A stretch of 64,000 nt of DNA from Sporopachydermia quercuum (taxonomy: Eukaryota), in NCBI GenBank assembly GCA_001599295.1, contig BCGN01000001.1, forward strand, positions 62,001-126,000, read 5' to 3'. Below, in pieces: positions 49,850 to 60,491 of the stretch. The notes beneath the pieces were generated by a model. That model was not told where the DNA came from. It saw only the letters and a program-made list of their open reading frames with translations, and searched no databases. A program made the translations under genes and the position numbers. The stretch's first letter is position 1, and each line of letters begins with the position of its first letter.

Positions 49850-50727
49850 ATGGTAAGTCAAAATGGAGTGGTGAATGGCGGAGATCAGCAAAATAGAGTG
49901 AATTGACAAGCATTTTTATAGAATCATATACTAACGTGTTGTAGCCTCAAAACGAATATATTGAAAGACATATCAAGCAGCATGGTAGAAGGCTTGATCA
50001 TGAAGAGCGTAAGCGAAAGAAGGAAGCCCGTGAAGGCCATAGAATTGCCAAAGATGCTCAAAACTTAACCGGTTTCCGAGCTAAGATGTTCGCTAAGAAG
50101 CGATACTCTGAAAAAGTGGCCATGAAGAAGAAGATTAAAGCTCATGAGGAATCAAAGGTCAAAGGACCAAGCAAACCAACCGAGGATAATGGGGAAGCTT
50201 TACCTACATATCTTTTGGACAGACAGAATACCAACACTGCCAAAGCATTATCAACTTCTATTAAGCAAAAGAGAATGGAAAAAGCTAGTAAATTCAGTGT
50301 TCCTTTACCCAAGGTCAGAGGTATCAGTGAAGAAGAGATGTTCAAAGTTATTAAGACCGGTAAGAAGAAAACCAAGAGTTGGAAGAGAATGATCACCAAA
50401 CACACTTTTGTTGGAGAAGGCTTCACCAGAAGACCAGTAAAGCTTGAAAGAATTATTCGTCCTTCTGCTCTACGTCAAAAGAAGGCCAATGTTACACACC
50501 CTGAGCTCGGTGTTACTGTTTTCTTACCNATTTTAGGGGTAAAGAAAAATCCTCAAAGCCCTATGTATACACAACTAGGTGTTTTGACCAAAGGTACTAT
50601 TATTGAGGTCAATGTTAGTGAATTGGGTTTAGTCACTGCTGGTGGTAAGGTTGTTTGGGGTAAATATGCTCAGATCACTAATGAGCCTGATAGAGATGGA
50701 TGTGTGAATGCTGTCCTTCTTGTTTGA
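49850..50727 (+). CDS. NSA2: 60S ribosome biogenesis protein Nsa2, 2 exons: 49850-49852 (ATG only) and 49945-50727
   Basis: ATG|GTAAGT...TACTAAC GTGTTGTAG|CCTCAAAAC gives [31 protein letters not shown]...[10 protein letters not shown]. Confidence 0.97.
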
Positions 50728-51627
50728 AACTTCTTTTTATGTCTTTTTTTAATTTTTCAATTTTTCAACATTTTGATCATTCCATTATGTGATTGATTTC
50801 CTATTATTTACTAGTTCGAAATTCATTCATTTAATTCCTTTTGTTTCTATAAAATTCATTTTTGCTTGGGCGGTTTACATTTGGGTTACTGATTCTTTCT
50901 GCATTGTTATTTATAGCATGTCTAAATCCTTGATGTTGGTTGATAAACCTATAATGATGAACTTGTTGTTGTAGGACGTAAATATTGTTCCATTGATTCG
51001 ATCTTGTGTTGTAAAGCAAGTTTCCTAACAAGTACCTTAAATAATAGTCACAAGGCAAATAGAGATCGCAATCAATGTATCTATTACACAAGAATGCAAC
51101 TCTTGGCCTTTTCGCAGTCTTCTATTTCAACTATTTTCAAACACCAAAATACTCTATACCAAAGTAAATCTATCTATATCTCAAAATAATACTTATCAAC
51201 AATTGTTATATCACATTCAACGACAGATAACAAGAAAGACAGACCAGGTCAATAAACTCCTAGCCATTTCAAGTCTCCTCCTGGGTTTTCTCCTGAACTT
51301 GAAACTACATTGTTTTCTCCACAACTCTAATTATTATTACACATTACCTTAACTTTAACTTCAAAGACATTTCCTTAGTACCAAAGTTCAATTAGAAAAG
51401 CGTGGGGGTAAAATCTACTTCACTCAGCCAAATTTCTCCATCTTTCTCCATTTTTCTCCATTTTTCATCACTATTCATACGGTAACATTCTATGAAATCT
51501 CCACATATCATTGGTGAACGACATTTCATACCCAATGACGCATCAAAGATTTGCCCGGATAATTTCCTATGATCTTGGAACCGCTTCTATTACATCTTGT
51601 GGACAGTTTTCTTTCTTTCTTGTTTGC

Positions 51628-51652
51628 TTTTTTTTTTTTTTTTTTTTTTTTT
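51628..51652 (+). repeat. Poly(dT) tract (25 nt), likely a nucleosome-excluding promoter element, followed by TATATAA
   Basis: Seen directly about 145 bp upstream of the C2H2 TF start. Confidence 0.7.
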
Positions 51653-51795
51653 GATATATAACCTTTGTAACGCGCATTTGCTTTGCTGAAGACATTTTTC
51701 AAAGTAAAAGCTAGTTGATATCTGGTGTACGATAAAGATTTGGAAAGAAACAGAAAAATTTTATACGTCATAGACTGAGCATCGACAATGAACGA

Positions 51796-54700
51796 ATGTC
51801 GGAACAGAGAGAAGAACGGTTAACACACGGAACGGAAAGAAACGTAGAAAAGACCAATCCAGATCAGACAGATGATAGTATAATGACATCGGAATCAAAC
51901 GAGAGCGATGACCGCTTGAATTCAGATAAGAGAAGTTTCGGAACTATATCGGCCTCGGCCTCGGCATCTACATTAGGAACAGTAGTAGATAGTAGGCAGG
52001 AAGGAGGAAAAAGCACTAATAATAAAGAGGATCCGCAGGGAGATAAAACGAAACCACCTAAGCGCAATCGGAAGAAACAGGAAAAAAACTTCATATGCGA
52101 TGTGGAAAATTGTGGAAAACAATTTTCAAGAGCAGAACATTTAGTGCGACACCAACTGAATCATAACCCAAAAGCCATCTATAAATGTACTTGGAAAAAT
52201 TGTACCCGAGAATTTGTTCGGATTGATTTATTGGAACGTCATATTCAGCGGCATCAGATGCGGAAGTTGAAAGCAGCGGAAAATGACGGCACGATCAACC
52301 GGAAGAATACTAGCACACTAGAGGTTCATAAGAATAACGTTAAGATCGTGACGGATGTTGCCAAGGAGATTATGAATGCTCCTATACGACCAGATATAAT
52401 AGAAGCTTTAGCACTAAAACCGAGACGGAAACGGATGAAAACAGAAAATTCAGCTCTTGGGAGTAAAATTGAACCTGGTAGTGGATCGGAGATAGTTGGA
52501 TTGGAAGTAGACCCGGAGGTAGAATTNGCGTCGGAAGAAATTCAAGAAACCGGACCGGATATCAAAAATACTCTGAAAAGGTTAGAATACCAGCAAATAT
52601 CAGACACCTTTTTTCTACCGTTTCATCGGCAAAGCTCTTCGGAGAATCTCCTAAATCGGGATTTAGGCACTATGGACACTATAAATATGGGTTTCGTGTA
52701 TGCCGATACCTTGGCCGACCGGAAGAGTCAGGCAGCAACTAGCGATGGTTCGGAAATAACCGATGTCAATTTAGGTTCTGGCTTTGACGATCAGTTTGGT
52801 AACACCCCTTCCCCGTCGGAGTTAATTTCATGGCTTTTTTCCGATACGGCAACCACGGTAGTAGACGGAACAGATAAAAATCCTTATAACTCCAATCTAT
52901 TTCAGGCGTTTGATCCGTTTAATCCCGATCCTCTGAATAGTTTCCTGCATCCGGCAACTTTGAACTTTTCCTCTTCGGCTAAATCTCCTATAGTGGCAAC
53001 CCCGAACCCACTTCCCGCTGAGCTACAGTCACACATACATTCAAATGCAATTACATATTCNCGTGCTTTTCCCCTTACTGCTGCACCACCAATGCCATCG
53101 GAGGTTACCTCTATTTCTTCACTTTCAGCCTCCTCAGGCTTCTCAGTGCCATTAGCCCAGACACCGGTTCCGCAAATTCCTCTAACTCCTGTCACACTAG
53201 CCACAACAACTTCGGAATATCTCCAGTTTTCGTCCGCAGTGGCTTCAGTTCATTTCAATAACCTTTTCACTTGGAATATNTTACCTTATGAACTAAGCGC
53301 AGGAAAAATTCAATCTCTTTACACTACTTTGCCTTGTCTTGCGGCATCTAAACCAGCTGCTCACATTCTACGATCCTGCATAGAAGCATATTGGATGTGG
53401 TTTCATCCCCAGTTTCCTATTCTTCATAAAGGAACGTTTAAAGCTAATGACTGTCCAGATGCTTTATTATTAGCTATTATCTCCGTTGGAGCTTTCTATA
53501 ACCATGAACATAAACTTGCTTTGGAAATGGCAAATGGATTACGTTGGGTTTTGTTCAGCTTGCCTGAATTCAGGGCTCCAGCGCCATTATGGATAATCCA
53601 ATCATTAATACTATTGGAAGTCTTTGAAAAGAACATGGGCGATAGAGAAATGCACGAACGGGGATACTTACATCATGGGACAGCTATACAATTGATCCGT
53701 AGAAGCAGTGTTTTACTAGTTGACTATGAGACTAATTCTACGGCAGATGAGAATAGCGGTAAAGACGATTTGAGCAAATGGATTAATAACGAAGCAATCA
53801 AAAGAGCGGCATTAATGGCTTTTCTATTGGACGTTATGGACTCTGCAATGTTCCATCATTCAATGGTTTTAAGAGCTCATGAAATTGGACTCCCTTTACC
53901 GTGTAGAGACGAATTATGGGATTGGCCAGTTAAAACTAATGTTCTGGACGGAAGTCTAATATTTGAAATAGGAGTTGACGAAGAAGAGAAAAGAGTTCAA
54001 TTACAAAACGAATTAGAGTATAAATCCGGGTTGTTTCTGAATGGATTGAAAGCGGTTCTAAATCGAGAGAAAATAACCGTTGGAGCATTTGGTAAGAAGA
54101 TATTGTTGGCAGGACTTGTTGCTATTAGTAATGAGCTTCAAGAAAGAGATCTGCAGATTTCCAGGCTTGGATTTGATGATATTCGCGATAAATGGCGAGA
54201 TATGTTAACTCCAGCTCTCGATTTTTGGCGTTGGGAGTTAAGTGAAAGCTGTACTAGTTACAATTCATTGGTAGCAATGCCCAATAATACTAAAACATTG
54301 ACACCAACAACAACAGCACGTTTAACGAGTAATGATGATGATAATTATGGTAACAATAGCTATGGCATAAATACGACTAATGGCGCATTTCATTCATGTT
54401 TAATGCCCTTATATCATATAGCGCATTTAACTCTCCGGTGCAATGTACACGATCTGCAGATTTACGCTGGCAGTCAAACTATCTTGAATCAAAAGGTTAC
54501 GAAAAAGATATATATAGAAGCCAAGAAAAGAATTGGAGTTTGGGCCACTGGTACTGGAGGAAGAATATCAGTTTTTCATGCTTTAATGTTTCTATGTGAG
54601 ATTTATTTACAAGAAGATCATGACACTAGTATTAATGCGATGAATGGAATGAATGGTACTCATAGAGTAAACAACAATAGGGATATTGGTGATAAATCGA

Positions 54701-55329
54701 TTAATAGCAGTAATGGAAGTAAACCATTCTGCGGATTTGATGAAGTACTATTCCATGATAATTTCACATTGGAATCTATTAAGAAGAGACCAAATAACAA
54801 TAAGAAGCTGATTGAATATAATGGATCAAATGATAAAGTGTTACAACGAGAACACGTTGTATTTGTAGCAGGGTTGGCGATTTGGGCGTTCGGTTACTGT
54901 TTAGAAGGACCAGAATCATTTTCAGAAAAAGAAAAAGGAATTGATGTTGAATACAAGCATAGATCGAGTAAAGAAAGTGGGATAGAATATTTGCAAAGGT
55001 TGCGAAACTTTTTAGTTAATGTTAAAAGGAAATTGTATAACGATTTGCTAGCCAAACATGCAGAGACAACATCATCAACAATTGAAGCTCAAGAAATGGT
55101 TTTGAAGAAATTAAATGGATTTTCAAATCATCAACTGTCGTTAATATATTCCTCTGTAATCAATCAATTCCCAACCAAGAATCAAGTTGTTGGGTTATTG
55201 AGATTGATCATTGATAGCGTCAAGGGCTCTGATTGGCAGATAATGAATGAACATATTGATTTGCTGAATAATTGTGTTGATAGAAGTTTAGGTAAGGAAA
55301 CTGTTGGAAGTTTTGACGTTGATAGTTGA
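51796..55329 (+). CDS. SDD4: C2H2 zinc-finger transcription factor with a fungal TF domain, YPR022C/Sdd4-like
   Basis: Two fingers, CDVENCGKQFSRAEHLVRHQLNH and CTWKNCTREFVRIDLLERHIQRH, plus YWMWFHPQFPILHKGTF. Adjacent to AGC1, as YPR022C/YPR021C are in S. cerevisiae. Confidence 0.78.
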   Translation: MSEQREERLTHGTERNVEKTNPDQTDDSIMTSESNESDDRLNSDKRSFGTISASASASTLGTVVDSRQEGGKSTNNKEDPQGDKTKPPKRNRKKQEKNFICDVENCGKQFSRAEHLVRHQLNHNPKAIYKCTWKNCTREFVRIDLLERHIQRHQMRKLKAAENDGTINRKNTSTLEVHKNNVKIVTDVAKEIMNAPIRPDIIEALALKPRRKRMKTENSALGSKIEPGSGSEIVGLEVDPEVEXASEEIQETGPDIKNTLKRLEYQQISDTFFLPFHRQSSSENLLNRDLGTMDTINMGFVYADTLADRKSQAATSDGSEITDVNLGSGFDDQFGNTPSPSELISWLFSDTATTVVDGTDKNPYNSNLFQAFDPFNPDPLNSFLHPATLNFSSSAKSPIVATPNPLPAELQSHIHSNAITYXRAFPLTAAPPMPSEVTSISSLSASSGFSVPLAQTPVPQIPLTPVTLATTTSEYLQFSSAVASVHFNNLFTWNXLPYELSAGKIQSLYTTLPCLAASKPAAHILRSCIEAYWMWFHPQFPILHKGTFKANDCPDALLLAIISVGAFYNHEHKLALEMANGLRWVLFSLPEFRAPAPLWIIQSLILLEVFEKNMGDREMHERGYLHHGTAIQLIRRSSVLLVDYETNSTADENSGKDDLSKWINNEAIKRAALMAFLLDVMDSAMFHHSMVLRAHEIGLPLPCRDELWDWPVKTNVLDGSLIFEIGVDEEEKRVQLQNELEYKSGLFLNGLKAVLNREKITVGAFGKKILLAGLVAISNELQERDLQISRLGFDDIRDKWRDMLTPALDFWRWELSESCTSYNSLVAMPNNTKTLTPTTTARLTSNDDDNYGNNSYGINTTNGAFHSCLMPLYHIAHLTLRCNVHDLQIYAGSQTILNQKVTKKIYIEAKKRIGVWATGTGGRISVFHALMFLCEIYLQEDHDTSINAMNGMNGTHRVNNNRDIGDKSINSSNGSKPFCGFDEVLFHDNFTLESIKKRPNNNKKLIEYNGSNDKVLQREHVVFVAGLAIWAFGYCLEGPESFSEKEKGIDVEYKHRSSKESGIEYLQRLRNFLVNVKRKLYNDLLAKHAETTSSTIEAQEMVLKKLNGFSNHQLSLIYSSVINQFPTKNQVVGLLRLIIDSVKGSDWQIMNEHIDLLNNCVDRSLGKETVGSFDVDS

Positions 55330-57686
55330 AAGAGGTTATAAGGGTCAATTCTTACATTGGATTGGATTGGTATAACGACAGGCGCTTTATAATGCAATCA
55401 AGTACAGATAGAAATCGTAGTAATGTAACATAATAGAGATTAATGAAAGTTACTAATTCATGAGCGCAATGAACCAAAACTAGGTGCAATACTATTCTGT
55501 AATGTAAATTGTTTGTTTTGGTTCTGTTAGTTTTAACATCAGATAGTCAGGAAAGCCAACATTTAGCTTCTCCGGAAATCAATTAAAATTACGAAGGAGA
55601 GATAAATAGTGACATTTTGAAACTATTGTGGGATCGAAATAAGAAGAAGCAAAGCAATTGGAATCGTAATAATAATAATGCATAATCATGCACATATGTA
55701 AACCTAAAAAGTTTAAATTTGAACTGGCCTCGGCTAAACCAGAAAGAGAAATTTCAAATCTTCCTACACATTTAACATGAAATCGTTCCAATTAGCACTA
55801 TGAACTGAAATTTTGTTTAGCAAAACCAACCAAAAAACCTTCAAACCTAAAACTAACTGAGAACATAGAAAAGAGGATGGAAGACGAATATTCATTCACC
55901 TTCTTAAAACAAATTAAAGATCAATACAATATGCAGGGATATGCATTGTTGGGATCTTCGCGTACTGATTTGGTTGAATCTTCTCATACCTTCAACCATC
56001 GTTTAACAGGGGATATCAAGTACGTCTCCGAGCCTTTTCATGAGATGTTTGACAAACATACTATTTGGAAAGCATTCACTCACTTTGAAAGCTACTAGCT
56101 TTTCATTCGCTTTCCCCGGTTTAAACGAGTCGAAAGCTTGTGAATTAGTCCGACGAAGGTGTCCAATAAACAGCCATCGGACAGTATTATCCTTTAGGAA
56201 ACTTATCCTAGGATTGTATAATATTCATTCATAAGAGAAAACTGGAAAATTTTCCTAATCATAGTTTAACTCTCCCCAGTACTGATTGATTGATCCAATG
56301 AATATATCGAATAAATGGTTCTAATTGACTTCTTAGTTTTGCACAATAATATCAATCAATATTCTGGTGATTTTTATAGTTAAATGCTTGAAAGCTGGAA
56401 ATATTAATTCATTCTCTATGTCAAAACTCAACCATATGTTGCCATCTTATATCTTACGGTTGCCCCTTGCTCACCACTAGGGCCAATGTAAAATAAAGAT
56501 AGGTATGGTAAATCCATCCATTTGTCATTCCTATACAAGTATTTCCGGTAACCCAACCGTCAAGAAAAAACGGGTTGAAATTAGTTAATTANAATGAACT
56601 AACATAATAGTTAGTATTGTTGTTAACATATCAACAAAGAACTCTTCAACAAAACTAATAAAACTATCAAATCATATATCCTAGTAGTAAATAAGTCCTT
56701 CCACTATATATAATTGAATTAATCATCAATCATATTCAGATCCACTTGGAAAGCATACCCATTGCACACGGCAATTGACTTCCTTAAATATCTTCGGAAA
56801 AATATCACCCATAAGAAAATAAGAAAATGGGGGAGAAGAGTAGGAAACCATTCTTATCTCATAGTTTTAACATTAGTCAAGGTCCAACTAAGCACTATAT
56901 GGGGGATTATGGAGAATAAGATAGTTGAAGATAATAAATAAAATATCCGTTTTGAGCCAAAGTTTGAATTATCCTCTGTTCAGTTTTCTCGATCTGTTTG
57001 AAGCTTTATCCGTGTTTCCAGTTCANTTCGATACAAAAAACTGTCAATATCACTTAAAAAGGCAATTAAAATGTTAGGCTGAAACCATTTTTGAGGTTAC
57101 AAATATCTTTGTTAGGTTCGACTCGAGACATACCTCTAGGTGCATACTCATTGACCTAGCTTTTTACCAATGATTTTTTCCTTTAAGCTATTAGCAAATA
57201 AATACATCAAATCATAAAACTAAGGAGGATGAACTCGGTAAATAATATATTCTGAAAATGCATAAACTTTCCATAAATTTTGATTGATACTTTCTACAAT
57301 CGCTCCATAGTCAACTATTCTCTCTTTTCTATCTTGCAGTCTTGTGGTGTACGCTCCCCGCCTTCCTTTTCTAGTATACGTAACGCAACTCAATCAAATT
57401 AGTCATACGTACGGGGAACTCAAATCCAAGTGAAAAATTTCTGTACCAAACGAGTTCTTTTCTCACAAACTCCAATTTTCCTTCTTTCACGGTTCCAGAT
57501 GTGTTTATTTCATTTATTTATTCATCAGAGTCATAGAATGATGGTACCAGGTGACATCAACACTTTTATCTCATCAATCACCTTTAATCAAATGATAGCA
57601 ATTAATCAGTATAAACTCATTGAAAGAATATTTCAACTAGAGAATTAAGATCTTGAAAGAAAAAAGTCACAACAGCCTCAAGAACA

Positions 57687-59819
57687 ATGGCTCCTTTATT
57701 TCTTGACCCCCCGGAGAAAACATTCACGAAATATGCTTCTCTCTCTTTACCAAGAGAGGAAGGAAAAGTAATGTCACCAGCAGATTTTGTAGATGCTATC
57801 GCTCCACCTTCAATGAACTACACCAAAATTCCAAGATCATCATTCGCCCTTCTATTTGCAATTGCCGATAAAACTGGTAAAGGATATGTCACATTAACTG
57901 AATGGCTATCATTTGAATCATTGCTTGACAAGCCTGACGCTGATTACGAAATCGCTTTCAAGTTCTTCGACAAATCAAGTAAAGGAAAAGTTTCTTATGA
58001 TGACATTATTCGTCTCTATAATGAGCACAAATCTCCTGCTGCTTTACCTTTTGATTGGAATGCATCTTGGGTTTCCCTTTACTTAGGTGATAACAAACAT
58101 AGACATGATTTATCATATCAGGACTTTTCTCAAATGTTGACTGGTCTCGTTGGTGAAAGAGTTCGCCAAGGGTTTTTCTATTTTGATAAATCGAAAACTG
58201 GTTTAATTTCACCGGAGGAATTTCAAATTCTCATGACGAAGATCTTGTCTCATAAGCTATCAGACAAAGTTTTAGCTAATTTGAACAAACTACCTAATAT
58301 AACCAATTCACCTTATATTTCCTATTCTGACGTTCGTGCTTTTCTGAACATTATCAATCATTCCGATTTTATTGATGTGTTGGTGAAAAAAGCTTCATTA
58401 AAAACTCTTGATGGTAGAATCACAAAACATAATTTAATGGCTGAAGTTTCTCAATCAACAAGATTTGTTTCATTATCACCATTAGAAGTCGATATTTTAT
58501 TCTTTTTTGCATCTTTGAACAAACAAGAACAACAAAATGTTCAATCAAAACCTTTGGATAACGATACTTTTTCATTAGATGATTTCCAGTCAGTTATTGA
58601 TCCTTCTTATCAAGATCCCTCAACAAGATATATCATCTCTGAACAACAAAAGATTGCTGCTGCTAAGAATGTCGTTAGCGATCCAAAATCTTTCTTCCAT
58701 CAGGTTTTTGAATCAGCTTATAATTTTGCTTTGGGATCTGTCGCTGGTGCTTTTGGCGCTACAGTTGTTTATCCAATTGATCTTGTAAAAACAAGAATGC
58801 AGAATCAAAGAAGTACTACCCCTGGTCAACAATTACTATATAAGAACTCATGGGACTGCTTCAAAAAGGTCGTTGCAAGAGAAGGATTCAAAGGTTTATA
58901 TTCTGGTTTGGGACCTCAATTGATTGGTGTTGCTCCTGAAAAGGCTATTAAACTAACAGTTAATGATCTTGTTCGTGGTAAAGCTGCCGATGCTAATGGT
59001 AATATTACTTTACCATTTGAAATTCTAGGTGGTGCATCAGCTGGTGCTTGTCAAGTTGTATTCACCAATCCTTTAGAAATCGTTAAAATTAGATTGCAAG
59101 TCCAAGGTGAATTATTAAAGTCGGTTTCTCCAACATTAGAAGGATCAACAATTCAATCAGCAGTTGCAGCTGCAAGTAAACCTCAAAGGAAATCTGCTTT
59201 AACTATTGTAAGGCAGTTAGGACTTTTTGGGTTATATAAAGGAGCAACCGCTTGTTTGTTACGTGATGTACCATTTTCTGCTATTTATTTCCCCACTTAT
59301 GCTCATTTGAAGAAGGATTATTTCGGTGAAGGACCTAACAAAAAGCTTGAAATCTGGCAGTTGCTTAGTGCTGGTGCAATTGCTGGTATGCCTGCTGCTT
59401 ATTTAACAACTCCTTGTGATGTTATAAAGACTCGTTTACAAGTTGAATCGAAGAAAGGTCAAACTACTTATAATGGGTTAGTTCATTGTGCAAGAACTGT
59501 TTTTAGGGAAGAAGGTTTCAAAGCTTTCTTTAAAGGTGGTTTAGCACGTATTTTAAGATCCTCTCCTCAGTTTGGTTGTACTTTAGCTGCTTATGAATTA
59601 CTACATAGTTTATTCCCATTATCTAATCATCCAAAGACTGAAGCTGGTTATTTTGCACCAAGTTCTGAGTATGTTAGTGATCTTAATGCTATTGGTGGCG
59701 CGCCTGGCTTGAAGTATTTAAGAAGCAGAGCTGCTTTACGGTTGTTATTGGATATTGATCACAGTTTTGGTAAAGTAGATCACGATGTTTTCAGGAGAGC
59801 TCCAATTCCTGGTAAATAG
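57687..59819 (+). CDS. AGC1: Mitochondrial aspartate/glutamate carrier with an N-terminal EF-hand domain (aralar/citrin type)
   Basis: Three carrier signatures (YPIDLVKTRMQ, NPLEIVKIRLQ, TPCDVIKTRLQ), plus GVAPEKAIKLTVND and RSSPQFG. EF-hand-like loops in the N-terminal half. Confidence 0.95.
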   Translation: MAPLFLDPPEKTFTKYASLSLPREEGKVMSPADFVDAIAPPSMNYTKIPRSSFALLFAIADKTGKGYVTLTEWLSFESLLDKPDADYEIAFKFFDKSSKGKVSYDDIIRLYNEHKSPAALPFDWNASWVSLYLGDNKHRHDLSYQDFSQMLTGLVGERVRQGFFYFDKSKTGLISPEEFQILMTKILSHKLSDKVLANLNKLPNITNSPYISYSDVRAFLNIINHSDFIDVLVKKASLKTLDGRITKHNLMAEVSQSTRFVSLSPLEVDILFFFASLNKQEQQNVQSKPLDNDTFSLDDFQSVIDPSYQDPSTRYIISEQQKIAAAKNVVSDPKSFFHQVFESAYNFALGSVAGAFGATVVYPIDLVKTRMQNQRSTTPGQQLLYKNSWDCFKKVVAREGFKGLYSGLGPQLIGVAPEKAIKLTVNDLVRGKAADANGNITLPFEILGGASAGACQVVFTNPLEIVKIRLQVQGELLKSVSPTLEGSTIQSAVAAASKPQRKSALTIVRQLGLFGLYKGATACLLRDVPFSAIYFPTYAHLKKDYFGEGPNKKLEIWQLLSAGAIAGMPAAYLTTPCDVIKTRLQVESKKGQTTYNGLVHCARTVFREEGFKAFFKGGLARILRSSPQFGCTLAAYELLHSLFPLSNHPKTEAGYFAPSSEYVSDLNAIGGAPGLKYLRSRAALRLLLDIDHSFGKVDHDVFRRAPIPGK

Positions 59820-60491
59820 GTGAAAAGTCAAGAAGTGAAGACGGAAGAAAAGATAGAGACAAATAGATTCATAACTCTTAAATAGCATGAAAAGAGAGTA
59901 ATAGAATATAACAAGAAGAAAACTGTCTAGCAAGTTCAACAAATATACTGAACAATAAGGAGAAAGTATTGAAGAAAGTATGAACGCTAGTACTAATGTA
60001 TTAAAACAAAATTCTATATAAATGTCAATTGTTTACATTGAGTAGTTTACGAGAGTTCATGAATCAACCATATCCAAAGTCCATTGCACACGGTGAACAA
60101 TTATTTGATATGCCTATTATATTGTTAATGCTTTTTCAACGTTCTTTAGCTCTATCACTTTAAATGCCAGACAAGGCAACCATTTCCTGTGAATCAATAT
60201 AATGCTGTAAATACGTGTATTTCACTGTGTCATTTTTCGCCTACCTATCACTGGTTTGGCGATATAATACAATAGATGCGATATACATAGGTAGTTGAGA
60301 TTACAATCTATGCAGTTTTTCAGCTAGTATACATGTATTCGTTACCAAATAACTGAATTGATGATAATAAAATATAGTGTTCTTGTTAAGAATGAGAATT
60401 AGCAAAAAAGAGAAGAAAATGTGTCTTTTGAATCAGAATTGATTGATTTTGTTACAAAAAAAGAAAAAAAACTATGGCGAAAAATCATCAA

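Noticed and set aside
51433..51468. 10-bp tandem repeat (TTTCTCCATY x3)
   Set aside because: Ordinary short slippage repeat with no spacers; not CRISPR-like.
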